Origin: Laetmonice hystrix
Lineage: Eukaryota
Assembly: GCA_965235115.1 (NCBI GenBank)
Contig: OZ249440.1
Coordinates: 33,296,001 to 33,360,000, forward strand
DNA: 64,000 nt
Direction of reading: 5' to 3'
The notes under the pieces are model-generated. The model did no database searches. It was not told where the DNA came from and saw nothing but the letters and a program-made list of their open reading frames with translations. Made by a program: the position numbers and the translations under genes. Below are positions 10,957 through 25,413 of this stretch, one piece after another (position 1 is the first letter of the stretch; each line of letters starts with the position of its first letter).

Positions 10957-13900
10957 CACCAGTACCTGATAAATTAACAGCTTGCTTTAATGCGTCTCTG
11001 AAGATAGGGTCTTTCCCAGTCAGCTGGAAGAATGCACTTGTGGTGCCTCTGTTTAAAACGGGGATGTGACGGAAGTGGGGAACTACAGGCCTGTGTCCCT
11101 ATTGCCATTGCCAGGGAAGTTACTGAAGAAATTTGTACATGGGAGAATATATAAGCATCTGGTAAACAACAACATTTTGGTTGATGAGCAATATGGTTTT
11201 AGGCCAGGTCGTTCCACCTTGGACTCTGTTGCCGAACTAACTGATGACATAATACTTGAGATGAACAAAAGTAACTATACCCTTGCTGCCTTTATAGACC
11301 TTAACAAGGCTTTTGACACTGTTGATCATTCTCTCTTGGTAAAGAAACTGTATAAACTTGGTATCAGAGGCTCCCTGTACAGATGGATTTGTAGCTACCT
11401 TGAGCGGCGAACGCAAAGGGCAATGGTGAACGATAGGGTGCCGAGATCTCTTGTGGGGTTCCTCAGGGGTCGGTCCTTGGCCCGTTACTTTTTATATTGT
11501 ATACTAATGATATGGCGGATAAAATCGGGCATTGTGGTATTAAATTATTTGCAGACGACACTGCCATTTACAGAAGTGGGTCTGATCTGCCGATGGTGCG
11601 GCTGCAATTACAGAGTAACCTTGATAATCTGTCCAAATGGTGTACAGAAAATAAGCTAACGATAAATGCCAAGAAATCACAATGTGTTTTATTTGATCGC
11701 AAGCGCAGAGCAGGCAAAGAAGCCCCAGCAGTTCCCAAGCTCAGGCTTAGTGGGCAGGAATTGGACTTTGTGGACAGTTATAAGTACATACATGTATCTA
11801 GGAGTGATTTTTGACAAGAACATGACCTTCAACTTACATGCCAGCAATGTATACAAGCTAGCTGCTCATAAAATTTATCTTATGGGCAGGGTCAGGAATT
11901 TGTTGACACCTGGAACCTGCTTGCAAATCTACAAATAAAAAGGCCTACCTTATTTTGATTATGGGGATATTTTTTACAACAAGGTCAATTCCACTATGCT
12001 TACCAGAATTCAGAGGTTACAAAACAGGGCTCTGAGAGTGGTGCTTGCTTCCCAGCCCAGGGAGTCGGTAAAGGAGCTTCGTGCTCGGTGCTCAGTTCCT
12101 CAGCTGAAATATCGCCGAACTGTGCATGTCAGAAACCTGGCTTTCAAGAGAAGTAGTGATCCTAGATTTAGGGAGGGAACCACTGCCCGTACAAGGGCCA
12201 AGGATGGACCCATACTCAAATTGGTTCGGGTCAACTATGCTGTTATGAAGAGTAGTCCCTTGCATCAATGCGCTACTGAATGGAACAACCTACCACTAGA
12301 TACCAGACTGGCTGTAGATAAGCAGGGCTTCAAATCAATTCAGAAGCAGTGGCTGAGAACCACCATTGAGCGGGAGGAGGAAGAATGGCATTAAAACTGG
12401 CTAATTCCCGGTGCCCCCCCCCCCAACCTTCAGTGACCTAGGAGTGTCTGTCAGAGCCGGTGCACTAGTGTTTGTTATCTGTATGCATCTACCTGTTGTC
12501 CAGCCTTCTCTTCAGCTTCAGTGAATGAATTCAATTTACTTTGAAAAACTGTTGGTAATGGTCGTCTACTTTACAACTCTTAGCCTCTCTGACTCTGAGC
12601 GGTGGTGTCATTTTTTCAAGATGTTTGCAAGAAACTGTTAATACGTATCTACTTGTCCATCCTTCTCTTCATTCTGGCCCCAGACTCACTCAACAATATG
12701 AAATTTACTTTGAGAAACTGTGTCGGTAAAGGTCTTCCATGTTACTACTCTTAGCCTGTCCGAACAATGGTGTTATCTTCCCAGGATATTTATGAGTGAC
12801 TGTTAGTGACCACTACGCTGTCTTACACTGTGCTTACTTAGTGTTTTATACACTGGCTGCCTAATGTATTATGTTTGGTACTCACACTGTCAGAGGCCCC
12901 TAGAGAATTCAGACTGTAATTGTACTCTACTCTTTAGTTTCTTGCCTGGTCACTATAGATCAGTTAATGTCGGTAAGATTTCGACTGTCACTTCAGATTA
13001 AACTGTTTAATTACTAACTAGCTGGGGTTTTTACATTATGGCACTATGCCAAGTTGTCTATCTAAGCACCGTTGATGACAGAGGGCTGCTGTTTTTATGC
13101 AGTATGGGATTGTATGTGCTTAACAGGGTTATTACGAGTTTAAGATTGCATGTAAATATGTTCTGAATCCACAGAATAGTTGTTATTATCCCATTCACCT
13201 TCTAGGTGAATGGGATTTTGAAATTGTATGGTTTCATCTTCCTTATACATTATTATTATTCCCGTAGTAGTAGTAGTAGTAGTTGTTAAGTTTGTACCCC
13301 TAATTGGTATTATTTTTCAAGATATCTCGATGAAACTTGGCACATAGGTTTGCCATGGGAAGATAAGTTGGCAATGCGACCCATGACGTCGTATGACGTA
13401 ACGTCATGACGTAATGACGTAAAAACGTTTCCAGATATATAGACCTGTATTTCATGGTAAATTAGACTTTTTGAAAAACTATTGCCACCATCAGTATTGG
13501 ACAAGGGCCTAGCAAAATTGGGGAGGGCAGTTTGACCTTTGACCTTTGACCTATATGAGAACTAGATCAAAATGTTCCAATCACCTAAATCCTTTCCAGT
13601 CCATCAATTTTTAAAGAAATCCCTTCAAACTTCGCTCATTGATAGACAAGGGAGGCCTCATTACACGTAAGATATGCCTAATTGATTTGGCCTATATTAA
13701 GAGAGTCACGTGACTTCAAAGTTAGGAAAATTTGGCTAGAAGGCTATATAGGGCTATAACTCAAGAACGGTGCAAGATAGGGGGAAAGTTACTATAGAAC
13801 ACGTATAGGAAGTCATATATCCTCTTTCATTATCCACCATTATTTTTCAGATCACGTGACCTATGACGTCATAAGAAGGTCACCTATATTTTCCAAGGGC

Positions 13901-14743
13901 TATAACTAATAAATGGTTGGAGATAGAGCCATAGTTACTATTAAACACTAATAGGAAGTCATATATGATCTTTCATTATAGAGTTTTATTTTTCAGGTCA
14001 CGTGACCTATGACGTCATAATGAGGTGACCTGTATTTTACCAGGGCTATAACTTCTAAATGGTTGAAGATAGAGCCATAGTTACTATTAAACACTAATAG
14101 GAAGTCATATATGGTCTTTCATTATGCACCTTTATTTTTCAGGTCACGTGACCTATGACGTCATAATGAGGTGACCTGTATTTTACAAGGGCTATAACTT
14201 CTAAATGGTTGAAGATAGAGCCATAGTTACTATTAAACACTAATAGGAAGTCATATATGGTCTTTCATTATGCACCTTTATTTTTCAGGTCACGTGACCT
14301 ATGACGTCATAAGGAGGTGACCTGTATTTTACCAGGGCAATAACTTCTAAATGGTTGAAGATAGAGCCATAGTTACTATTAAACACTAATAGGAAGTCAT
14401 ATATGGTCTTTCATTATGCACCTTTATTTTTCAGGTCACGTGACCTATGACGTCATAAGGAGGTCACCTAGATTTTCTCTGGGTTTTAACTTCTAAATTC
14501 TAAATTATAGGGTCCACATGCCATGTTGTCACGACCATATGATCCATGACCTCAATTGACCTCAAGTAGCAATAAATACAATTACACAATTTTTAACTCG
14601 TGAATGGGATACCTGTGCCCATGGCACCTGGCAACTAGTTGTATTTGGTATACAGCTGCCTTGGTAAGCTGGGAGGGTTGAAAAGCCGCTTTGCGGAACC
14701 CGTTCTTGTAATCCCAGGATAAATAAAAGATTTAAAAAAAAAA
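10957..14743 (+). mobile_element. 5'-truncated dead CR1/L2-group LINE, copy 1 (carries a Helentron-type insertion)
   Basis: RT motifs NYRPVSLL, QYGFRPGRST, FIDLNKAFDTVDH, LFADD, YLGV and IQRLQNRALR. Long 3' UTR ending in aataaa and an A-run. Frameshifts and an in-frame TAA after LQIYK. Confidence 0.93.
13188..14640 (+). mobile_element. Non-autonomous Helentron-type element (HINE/DINE-1-like) inserted at TT
   Basis: Absent from the five other LINE copies that cover this site (empty site gttattgtattt). 5' hairpin atcccattcacc-ttcta-ggtgaatgggat, (tat)/(tag) microsatellite, ~5 x 146-bp internal tandem (13751-14481), 3' sub-TIR gtgaatgggat (14600-14610), hairpin gtgcc-cat-ggcac, ends ctagtt. Confidence 0.88.
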
Positions 14744-16696
14744 TAAGGACCACTTTTTAGCATGATATAGCGAGGTTCGGAATAGCCGAGTGGCCAACGC
14801 AAAAAGAGCATTCTTTAGAAAAAGACCACTGGACCTTACAAAAAGACCATTATTCAAACAAAAGGACCACAAATGGTCCCTTCTCATTGAGGGATCTGAA
14901 TAAAAGGACCACTTTTTAGCCTGGTGTAGCGAGGTTCGGGATAGCCGAGTGTTCAAGGCAAAAAGAGCATTCTTTAGAAAAAGACCACTGGACCTTACAA
15001 AAAGACCATTATTCAAACAAAAGGACCACAAATGGTCCTTTCTCATGGAGGGATCTGAATAAAAGGACCACTTTTTAGCCTAGTGTAGTGAGGTTCGGGA
15101 TAGCCGAGTGTTCAAGGCAAAAAGTGCAAAAAGAGCATTCTTTAGAAAAAGACCACTGGACCTTACAAAAAGACCATTATTCAAAGAAAAGGACCACAAA
15201 TGGTCCTTTCTCATGGAGGGATCTGAATAAAAGGACCACTTTTTAGCATGGTATAGCGAGGTTCGGGATAGCCGAGTGGTCAACGCAAAAAGAGCATTCT
15301 TTACAAAAAGACCACTGTACCTTACAAAAAGACCATTATTCAAACAAAAGGACCACAAATGGTCCTTTCTCATGGAGGGATCTGAATAAAAGGACCACTT
15401 TTTAGCCTGGTGTAGCGAGGTTCGGGATAGCCGAGTGTTCAAGGCAAAAAGTGCAAAAAGAGCATTCTTTACAAAAAGACCACTGGACCTTACAAAAAGA
15501 CCATTATTCAAACAAAAGGACCACAAATGGTCCTTTCTAATGGAGGAATCTGAATAAAAGGACCACTTTTTAGCCTAGTGTAGTGAGGTTCGGGATAGCC
15601 GAGTGTTCAAGGCAAAAAGTGCAAAAAGAGCATTCTTTAGAAAAAGACCACTGGACCTTACAAAAAGACCATTATTCAAACAAAAGGACCACAAATGGTC
15701 CTTTCTCATGGAGGGATCTGAATAAAAGGACCACTTTTTAGCATGATATAGCGAGGTTGGGGATAGCCGAGTGGTCAACGCAAAAAGAGCATTCTTTACA
15801 AAAAGACCACTGTACCTTACAAAAAGACCATTATTCAAACAAAAGGACCACAAATGGTCCTTTCTCATGGAGGGATCTGAATAAAAGGACCACTTTTTAG
15901 CCTGGTGTAGCGAGGTTCGGGATAGCCGAGTGTTCAAGGCAAAAAGTGCAAAAAGAGCATTCTTTAGAAAAAGACCACTGGACCTTACAAAAAGACCATT
16001 ATTCAAACAAAAGGACCACAAATGGTCCTTTCTCATGGAGGGATCTGAATAAAAGGACCACTTTTTAGCATGGTATAGCGAGGTTCGGGATAGCCGAGTG
16101 GTCAACGCAAAAAGAGCATTCTTTACAAAAAGACCACTGTACCTTACAAAAAGACCATTATTCAAACAAAAGGACCACAAATGGTCCTTTCTCATGGAGG
16201 GATCTGAATAAAAGGACCACTTTTTAGCCTGGTGTAGCGAGGTTCGGGATAGCCGAGTGTTCAAGGCAAAAAGTGCAAAAAGAGCATTCTTTACAAAAAG
16301 ACCACTGGACCTTACAAAAAGACCATTATTCAAACAAAAGGACCACAAATGGTCCTTTCTAATGGAGGAATCTGAATAAAAGGACCACTTTTTAGCCTGG
16401 TGTAGCGAGGTTCGGGATAGCCGAGTGGTCAACGCAAAAAGAGCATTCTTTACAAAAAGACCACTGGACCTTACAAAAAGACCATTATTCAAAGAAAAGG
16501 ACCACAAATGGTCCTTTTCTCATGGAGGGAGCTGAATAAAGGGACCCCCTTTTAGCCTGGTGTAGCGAGGTTCGGGATAGCCGAGTGTTCAAGGCAAAAA
16601 GTGCAAAAAGAGCATTCTTTACAAAAAGACCACTGGACCTTACAAAAAGACCGTTATTCAAACAAAAGGACCACAAATGGTCCTTTCTCATGGAGG
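14744..16696. repeat. Satellite A array
   Basis: Same monomers, between LINE copies 1 and 2. Confidence 0.97.
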
Positions 16697-19032
16697 CACC
16701 AGTACCTGATAAATTAACAGCTTGCTTTAATGCGTCTCTGAAGATAGGGTCTTTCCCAGTCAGCTGGAAGAATGCACTTGTGGTGCCTCTGTTTAAAACG
16801 GGGATGTGACGGAAGTGGGGAACTACAGGCCTGTGTCCCTATTGCCATTGCCAGGGAAGTTACTGAAGAAATTTGTACATGGGAGAATATATAAGCATCT
16901 GGTAAACAACAACATTTTGGTTGATGAGCAATATGGTTTTAGGCCAGGTCGTTCCACCTTGGACTCTGTTGCCGAACTAACTGATGACATAATACTTGAG
17001 ATGAACAAAAGTAACTATACCCTTGCTGCCTTTATAGACCTTAACAAGGCTTTTGACACTGTTGATCATTCTCTCTTGGTAAAGAAACTGTATAAACTTG
17101 GTATCAGAGGCTCCCTGTACAGATGGATTTGTAGCTACCTTGAGCGGCGAACGCAAAGGGCAATGGTGAACGATAGGGTGCCGAGATCTCTTGTGGGGTT
17201 CCTCAGGGGTCGGTCCTTGGCCCGTTACTTTTTATATTGTATACTAATGATATGGCGGATAAAATCGGGCATTGTGGTATTAAATTATTTGCAGACGACA
17301 CTGCCATTTACAGAAGTGGGTCTGATCTGCCGATGGTGCGGCTGCAATTACAGAGTAACCTTGATAATCTGTCCAAATGGTGTACAGAAAATAAGCTAAC
17401 GATAAATGCCAAGAAATCACAATGTGTTTTATTTGATCGCAAGCGCAGAGCAGGCAAAGAAGCCCCAGCAGTTCCCAAGCTCAGGCTTAGTGGGCAGGAA
17501 TTGGACTTTGTGGACAGTTATAAGTACATACATGTATCTAGGAGTGATTTTTGACAAGAACATGACCTTCAACTTACATGCCAGCAATGTATACAAGCTA
17601 GCCGCTCATAAAATTTATCTTATGGGCAGGGTCAGGAATTTGTTGACACCTGGAACCTGCTTGCAAATCTACAAATAAAAAGGCCTACCTTATTTTGATT
17701 ATGGGGATATTTTTTACAACAAGGTCAATTCCACTATGCTTACCAAAATTCAGAGGTTACAAAACAGGGCTCTGAGAGTGGTGCTTGCTTCCCAGCCCAG
17801 GGAGTCGGTAAAGGAGCTTCGTGCTCGGTGCTCAGTTCCTCAGCTGAAATATCGCCGAACTGTGCATGTCAGAAACCTGGCTTTCAAGAGAAGTAGTGAT
17901 CCTAGATTTAGGGAGGGAACCACTGCCCGTACAAGGGCCAAGGATGGACCCATACTCAAATTGGTTCGGGTCAACTATGCTGTTATGAAGAGTAGTCCCT
18001 TGCATCAATGCGCTACTGAATGGAACAACCTACCACTAGATACCAGACTGGCTGTAGATAAGCAGGGCTTCAAATCAATTCAGAAGCAGTGGCTGAGAAC
18101 CACCATTGAGCGGGAGGAGGAAGAATGGCATTAAAACTGGCTAATTCCCGGTGCCCCCCCCCCCCCAACCTTCAGTGACCTAGGAGTGTCTGTCAGAGCC
18201 GGTGCACTAGTGTTTGTTATCTGTATGCATCTACCTGTTGTCCAGCCTTCTCTTCAGCTTCAGTGAATGAATTCAATTTACTTTGAAAAACTGTTGGTAA
18301 TGGTCGTCTACTTTACAACTCTTAGCCTCTCTGACTCTGAGCGGTGGTGTCATTTTTTCAAGATGTTTGCAAGAAACTGTTAATACGTATCTACTTGTCC
18401 ATCCTTCTCTTCATTCTGGCCCCAGACTCACTCAACAATATGAAATTTACTTTGAGAAACTGTGTCGGTAAAGGTCTTCCATGTTACTACTCTTAGCCTG
18501 TCCGAACAATGGTGTTATCTTCCCAGGATATTTATGAGTGACTGTTAGTGACCACTACGCTGTCTTACACTGTGCTTACTTAGTGTTTTATACACTGGCT
18601 GCCTAATGTATTATGTTTGGTACTCACACTGTCAGAGGCCCCTAGAGAATTCAGACTGTAATTGTACTCTACTCTTTAGTTTCTTGCCTGGTCACTATAG
18701 ATCAGTTAATGTCGGTAAGATTTCGACTGTCACTTCAGATTAAACTGTTTAATTACTAACTAGCTGGGGTTTTTACATTATGGCACTATGCCAAGTTGTC
18801 TATCTAAGCACCGTTGATGACAGAGGGCTGCTGTTTTTATGCAGTATGGGATTGTATGTGCTTAACAGGGTTATTACGAGTTTAAGATTGCATGTAAATA
18901 TGTTCTGAATCCACAGAATAGTTGTTATTGTATTTGGTATACAGCTGCCTTGGTAAGCTGGGAGGGTTGAAAAGCCGCTTTGCGGAACCCGTTCTTGTAA
19001 TCCCAGGATAAATAAAAGATTTAAAAAAAAAA
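16697..19032 (+). mobile_element. Dead CR1/L2-group LINE, copy 2
   Basis: Same junctions and lesions as copy 1, without the insertion. Confidence 0.93.
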
Positions 19033-20985
19033 TAAGGACCACTTTTTAGCATGATATAGCGAGGTTCGGAATAGCCGAGTGGCCAACGCAAAAAGAGCAT
19101 TCTTTAGAAAAAGACCACTGGACCTTACAAAAAGACCATTATTCAAACAAAAGGACCACAAATGGTCCCTTCTCATTGAGGGATCTGAATAAAAGGACCA
19201 CTTTTTAGCCTGGTGTAGCGAGGTTCGGGATAGCCGAGTGTTCAAGGCAAAAAGAGCATTCTTTAGAAAAAGACCACTGGACCTTACAAAAAGACCATTA
19301 TTCAAACAAAAGGACCACAAATGGTCCTTTCTCATGGAGGGATCTGAATAAAAGGACCACTTTTTAGCCTAGTGTAGTGAGGTTCGGGATAGCCGAGTGT
19401 TCAAGGCAAAAAGTGCAAAAAGAGCATTCTTTAGAAAAAGACCACTGGACCTTACAAAAAGACCATTATTCAAAGAAAAGGACCACAAATGGTCCTTTCT
19501 CATGGAGGGATCTGAATAAAAGGACCACTTTTTAGCATGGTATAGCGAGGTTCGGGATAGCCGAGTGGTCAACGCAAAAAGAGCATTCTTTACAAAAAGA
19601 CCACTGTACCTTACAAAAAGACCATTATTCAAACAAAAGGACCACAAATGGTCCTTTCTCATGGAGGGATCTGAATAAAAGGACCACTTTTTAGCCTGGT
19701 GTAGCGAGGTTCGGGATAGCCGAGTGTTCAAGGCAAAAAGTGCAAAAAGAGCATTCTTTACAAAAAGACCACTGGACCTTACAAAAAGACCATTATTCAA
19801 ACAAAAGGACCACAAATAGTCCTTTCTAATGGAGGAATCTGAATAAAAGGACCACTTTTTAGCCTAGTGTAGTGAGGTTCGGGATAGCCGAGTGTTCAAG
19901 GCAAAAAGTGCAAAAAGAGCATTCTTTAGAAAAAGACCACTGGACCTTACAAAAAGACCATTATTCAAACAAAAGGACCACAAATGGTCCTTTCTCATGG
20001 AGGGATCTGAATAAAAGGACCACTTTTTAGCATGGTATAGCGAGGTTGGGGATAGCCGAGTGGTCAACGCAAAAAGAGCATTCTTTACAAAAAGACCACT
20101 GTACCTTACAAAAAGACCATTATTCAAACAAAAGGACCACAAATGGTCCTTTCTCATGGAGGGATCTGAATAAAAGGACCACTTTTTAGCCTGGTGTAGC
20201 GAGGTTCGGGATAGCCGAGTGTTCAAGGCAAAAAGTGCAAAAAGAGCATTCTTTAGAAAAAGACCACTGGACCTTACAAAAAGACCATTATTCAAACAAA
20301 AGGACCACAAATGGTCCTTTCTCATGGAGGGATCTGAATAAAAGGACCACTTTTTAGCATGGTATAGCGAGGTTCGGGATAGCCGAGTGGTCAACGCAAA
20401 AAGAGCATTCTTTACAAAAAGACCACTGTACCTTACAAAAAGACCATTATTCAAACAAAAGGACCACAAATGGTCCTTTCTCATGGAGGGATCTGAATAA
20501 AAGGACCACTTTTTAGCCTGGTGTAGCGAGGTTCGGGATAGCCGAGTGTTCAAGGCAAAAAGTGCAAAAAGAGCATTCTTTACAAAAAGACCACTGGACC
20601 TTACAAAAAGACCATTATTCAAACAAAAGGACCACAAATGGTCCTTTCTAATGGAGGAATCTGAATAAAAGGACCACTTTTTAGCCTGGTGTAGCGAGGT
20701 TCGGGATAGCCGAGTGGTCAACGCAAAAAGAGCATTCTTTACAAAAAGACCACTGGACCTTACAAAAAGACCATTATTCAAAGAAAAGGACCACAAATGG
20801 TCCTTTTCTCATGGAGGGAGCTGAATAAAGGGACCCCCTTTTAGCCTGGTGTAGCGAGGTTCGGGATAGCCGAGTGTTCAAGGCAAAAAGTGCAAAAAGA
20901 GCATTCTTTACAAAAAGACCACTGGACCTTACAAAAAGACCGTTATTCAAACAAAAGGACCACAAATGGTCCTTTCTCATGGAGG
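19033..20985. repeat. Satellite A array
   Basis: Near-identical to 14744-16696 at offset +4289. Confidence 0.97.
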
Positions 20986-23325
20986 CACCAGTACCTGATA
21001 AATTAACAGCTTGCTTTAATGCGTCTCTGAAGATAGGGTCTTTCCCAGTCAGCTGGAAGAATGCACTTGTGGTGCCTCTGTTTAAAACGGGGATGTGACG
21101 GAAGTGGGGAACTACAGGCCTGTGTCCCTATTGCCATTGCCAGGGAAGTTACTGAAGAAATTTGTACATGGGAGAATATATAAGCATCTGGTAAACAACA
21201 ACATTTTGGTTGATGAGCAATATGGTTTTAGGCCAGGTCGTTCCACCTTGGACTCTGTTGCCGAACTAACTGATGACATAATACTTGAGATGAACAAAAG
21301 TAACTATACCCTTGCTGCCTTTATAGACCTTAACAAGGCTTTTGACACTGTTGATCATTCTCTCTTGGTAAAGAAACTGTATAAACTTGGTATCAGAGGC
21401 TCCCTGTACAGATGGATTTGTAGCTACCTTGAGCGGCGAACGCAAAGGGCAATGGTGAACGATAGGGTGCCGAGATCTCTTGTGGGGTTCCTCAGGGGTC
21501 GGTCCTTGGCCCGTTACTTTTTATATTGTATACTAATGATATGGCGGATAAAATCGGGCATTGTGGTATTAAATTATTTGCAGACGACACTGCCATTTAC
21601 AGAAGTGGGTCTGATCTGCCGATGGTGCGGCTGCAATTACAGAGTAACCTTGATAATCTGTCCAAATGGTGTACAGAAAATAAGCTAACGATAAATGCCA
21701 AGAAATCACAATGTGTTTTATTTGATCGCAAGCGCAGAGCAGGCAAAGAAGCCCCAGCAGTTCCCAAGCTCAGGCTTACTGGGCAGGAATTGGACTTTGT
21801 GGACAGTTATAAGTACATACATGTATCTAGGAGTGATTTTTGACAAGAACATGACCTTCAACTTACATGCCAGCAATGTATACAAGCTAGCTGCTCATAA
21901 AATTTATCTTATGGGCAGGGTCAGGAATTTGTTGACACCTGGAACCTGCTTGCAAATCTACAAATAAAAAGGCCTACCTTATTTTGATTATGGGGATATT
22001 TTTTACAACAAGGTCAATTCCACTATGCTTACCAAAATTCAGAGGTTACAAAACAGGGCTCTGAGAGTGGTGCTTGCTTCCCAGCCCAGGGAGTCGGTAA
22101 AGGAGCTTCGTGCTCGGTGCTCAGTTCCTCAGCTGAAATATCGCCGAACTGTGCATGTCAGAAACCTGGCTTTCAAGAGAAGTAGTGATCCTAGATTTAG
22201 GGAGGGAACCACTGCCCGTACAAGGGCCAAGGATGGACCCATACTCAAATTGGTTCGGGTCAACTATGCTGTTATGAAGAGTAGTCCCTTGCATCAATGC
22301 GCTACTGAATGGAACAACCTACCACTAGATACCAGACTGGCTGTAGATAAGCAGGGCTTCAAATCAATTCAGAAGCAGTGGCTGAGAACCACCATTGAGC
22401 GGGAGGAGGAAGAATGGCATTAAAACTGGCTAATTCCCGGTGCCCCCCCCCCCCCCCCCAACCTTCAGTGACCTAGGAGTGTCTGTCAGAGCCGGTGCAC
22501 TAGTTTTTGTTATCTGTATGCATCTACCTGTTGTCCAGCCTTCTCTTCAGCTTCAGTGAATGAATTCAATTTACTTTGAAAAACTGTTGGTAATGGTCGT
22601 CTACTTTACAACTCTTAGCCTCTCTGACTCTGAGCGGTGGTGTCATTTTTTCAAGATGTTTGCAAGAAACTGTTAATACGTATCTACTTGTCCATCCTTC
22701 TCTTCATTCTGGCCCCAGACTCACTCAACAATATGAAATTTACTTTGAGAAACTGTGTCGGTAAAGGTCTTCCATGTTACTACTCTTAGCCTGTCCGAAC
22801 AATGGTGTTATCTTCCCAGGATATTTATGAGTGACTGTTAGTGACCACTACGCTGTATTACACTGTGCTTACTTAGTGTTTTATACACTGGCTGCCTAAT
22901 GTATTATGTTTGGTACTCACACTGTCAGAGGCCCCTAGAGAATTCAGACTGTAATTGTACTCTACTCTTTAGTTTCTTGCCTGGTCACTATAGATCAGTT
23001 AATGTCGGTAAGATTTCGACTGTCACTTCAGATTAAACTGTTTAATCACTAACTAGCTGGGGTTTTTACATTATGGCACTATGCCAAGTTGTCTATCTAA
23101 GCACCGTTGATGACAGAGGGCTGCTGTTTTTATGCAGTATGGGATTGTATGTGCTTAACAGGGTTATTACGAGTTTAAGATTGCATGTAAATATGTTCTG
23201 AATCCACAGAATAGTTGTTATTGTATTTGGTATACAGCTGCCTTGGTAAGCTGGGAGGGTTGAAAAGCCGCTTTGCGGAACCCGTTCTTGTAATCCCAGG
23301 ATAAATAAAAGATTTTTTAAAAAAA
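20986..23325 (+). mobile_element. Dead CR1/L2-group LINE, copy 3
   Basis: Same junctions and lesions. Confidence 0.93.
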
Positions 23326-25413
23326 TAAGGACCACTTTTTAGCATAATATAGCGAGGTTCGGAATAGCCGAGTGGCCAACGCAAAAAGAGCATTCTTTAG
23401 AAAAAGACCACTGGACCTTACAAAAAGACCATTATTCAAACAAAAGGACCACAAATGGTCCTTTCTCATGGAGGGATCTGAATAAAAGGACCACTTTTTA
23501 GCCTTGTGTAGCGAGGTTCGGGATAGCCGAGTGTTCAAGGCAAAAAGTGCAAAAAGAGCATTCTTTAGAAAAAGACCACTGGACCTTACAAAAAGACCAT
23601 TATTCAAAGAAAAGGACCACAAATGGTCCTTTCTCATGGAGGGATCTGAATAAAAGGACCACTTTTTAGCATGGTATAGCGAGGTTCGGGATAGCCGAGT
23701 GGTCAACGCAAAAAGAGCATTCTTTACAAAAAGACCACTGTACCTTACAAAAAGACCATTATTCAAACAAAAGGACCACAAATGGTCCTTTCTCATGGAG
23801 GGATCTGAATAAAAGGACCACTTTTTAGCCTGGTGTAGCGAGGTTCGGGATAGCCGAGTGTTCAAGGCAAAAAGTGCAAAAAGAGCATTCTTTACAAAAA
23901 GACCGCTGGACCTTACAAAAAGACCATTATTCAAACAAAAGGACCACAAATGGTCCTTTCTCATGGAGGGATCTGAATAAAAGGACCACTTTTTAGCCTG
24001 GTGTAGCGAGGTTCGGGATAGCCGAGTGTTCAAGGCAAAAAGTGCAAAAAGAGCATTCTTTAGAAAAAGACCACTGGACCTTACAAAAAGACCATTATTC
24101 AAACAAAAGGACCACAAATGGTCCTTTCTAATGGAGGAATCTGAATAAAAGGACCACTTTTTAGCCTGGTGTAGCGAGGTTCGGGATAGCCGAGTGGTCA
24201 AGGCAAAAAGTGCAAAAAGAGCATTCTTTAGAAAAAGACCACTGGACCTTACAAAAAGACCATTATTCAAACAAAAAGGCCATTAATGGTCCTTTCTCAT
24301 GGAGGGATCTGAATAAAAGGACCACTTTTTAGCATGGTGTAACGAGGTTCGGGATACCCGAGTGGTCAACGCAAAAAGAGCATTCTTTACAAAAAGGCCA
24401 CTGGACCTTACAAAAAGACCATTATTCAAACAAAAGGACCACAAATGGTCCTTTCTCATGGAGGGATCTGAATAAAAGGACCACTTTTTAGCCTGGTGTA
24501 GCGAGGTTCGGAATAGCCGAGTGGTCAACGCAAAAAGAGCATTCTTTACAAAAAGACCACTGGACCTTACAAAAAGACCATTATTCAAACAAAAGGACCA
24601 CAAATGGTCCTTTCTCATGGAGGGATCTGAATAAAAGGACCACTTTTTAGCATGGTATAGCGAGGTTCGGGATAGCCGAGTGGTCAACGCAAAAAGAGCA
24701 TTCTTTACAAAAAGACCACTGTACCTTACAAAAAGACCATTATTCAAACAAAAGGACCACAAATGGTCCTTTCTCATGGAGGGATCTGAATAAAAGGACC
24801 ACTTTTTAGCCTGGTGTAGCGAGGTTCGGGATAGCCGAGTGTTCAAGGCAAAAAGTGCAAAAAGAGCATTCTTTAGAAAAAGACCACTGGACCTTACAAA
24901 AAGACCATTATTCAAACAAAAAGGCCATTAATGGTCCTTTCTCATGGAGGGATCTGAATAAAAGGACCACTTTTTAGCATGGTGTAACGAGGTTCGGGAT
25001 ACCCGAGTGGTCAACGCAAAAAGAGCATTCTTTAGAAAAAGGCCACTGGACCTTACAAAAAGACCATTATTCAAACAAAAGGACCACAAATGGTCCTTTC
25101 TCATGGAGGGATCTGAATAAAAGGACCACTTTTTAGCCTGGTGTAGCGAGGTTCGGAATAGCCGAGTGGTCAACGCAAAAAGAGCATTCTTTACAAAAAG
25201 ACCACTGGACCTTACAAAAAGACCATTATTCAAACAAAAGGACCACAAATGGTCCTTTCTCATGGAAGGATCTGAATAAAAGGACCACTTTTTAGCATGG
25301 TATAGCGAGGTTCGGGATAGCCGAGTGGTCAACGCAAAAAGAGCATTCTTTACAAAAGACCACTGTACCTTACAAAAAGACCATTATTCAAACAAAAGGA
25401 CCACAAATGGTCC
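23326..25413. repeat. Satellite A array
   Basis: Same monomers, with a ~645-bp higher-order duplication (24283/24928). Confidence 0.97.

Noticed and set aside
9031..25413. CRISPR-like appearance of regularly spaced hairpin repeats near an RT
   Set aside because: The intervening sequences are repeated rather than unique spacers, there are no cas genes, and the context is eukaryotic.
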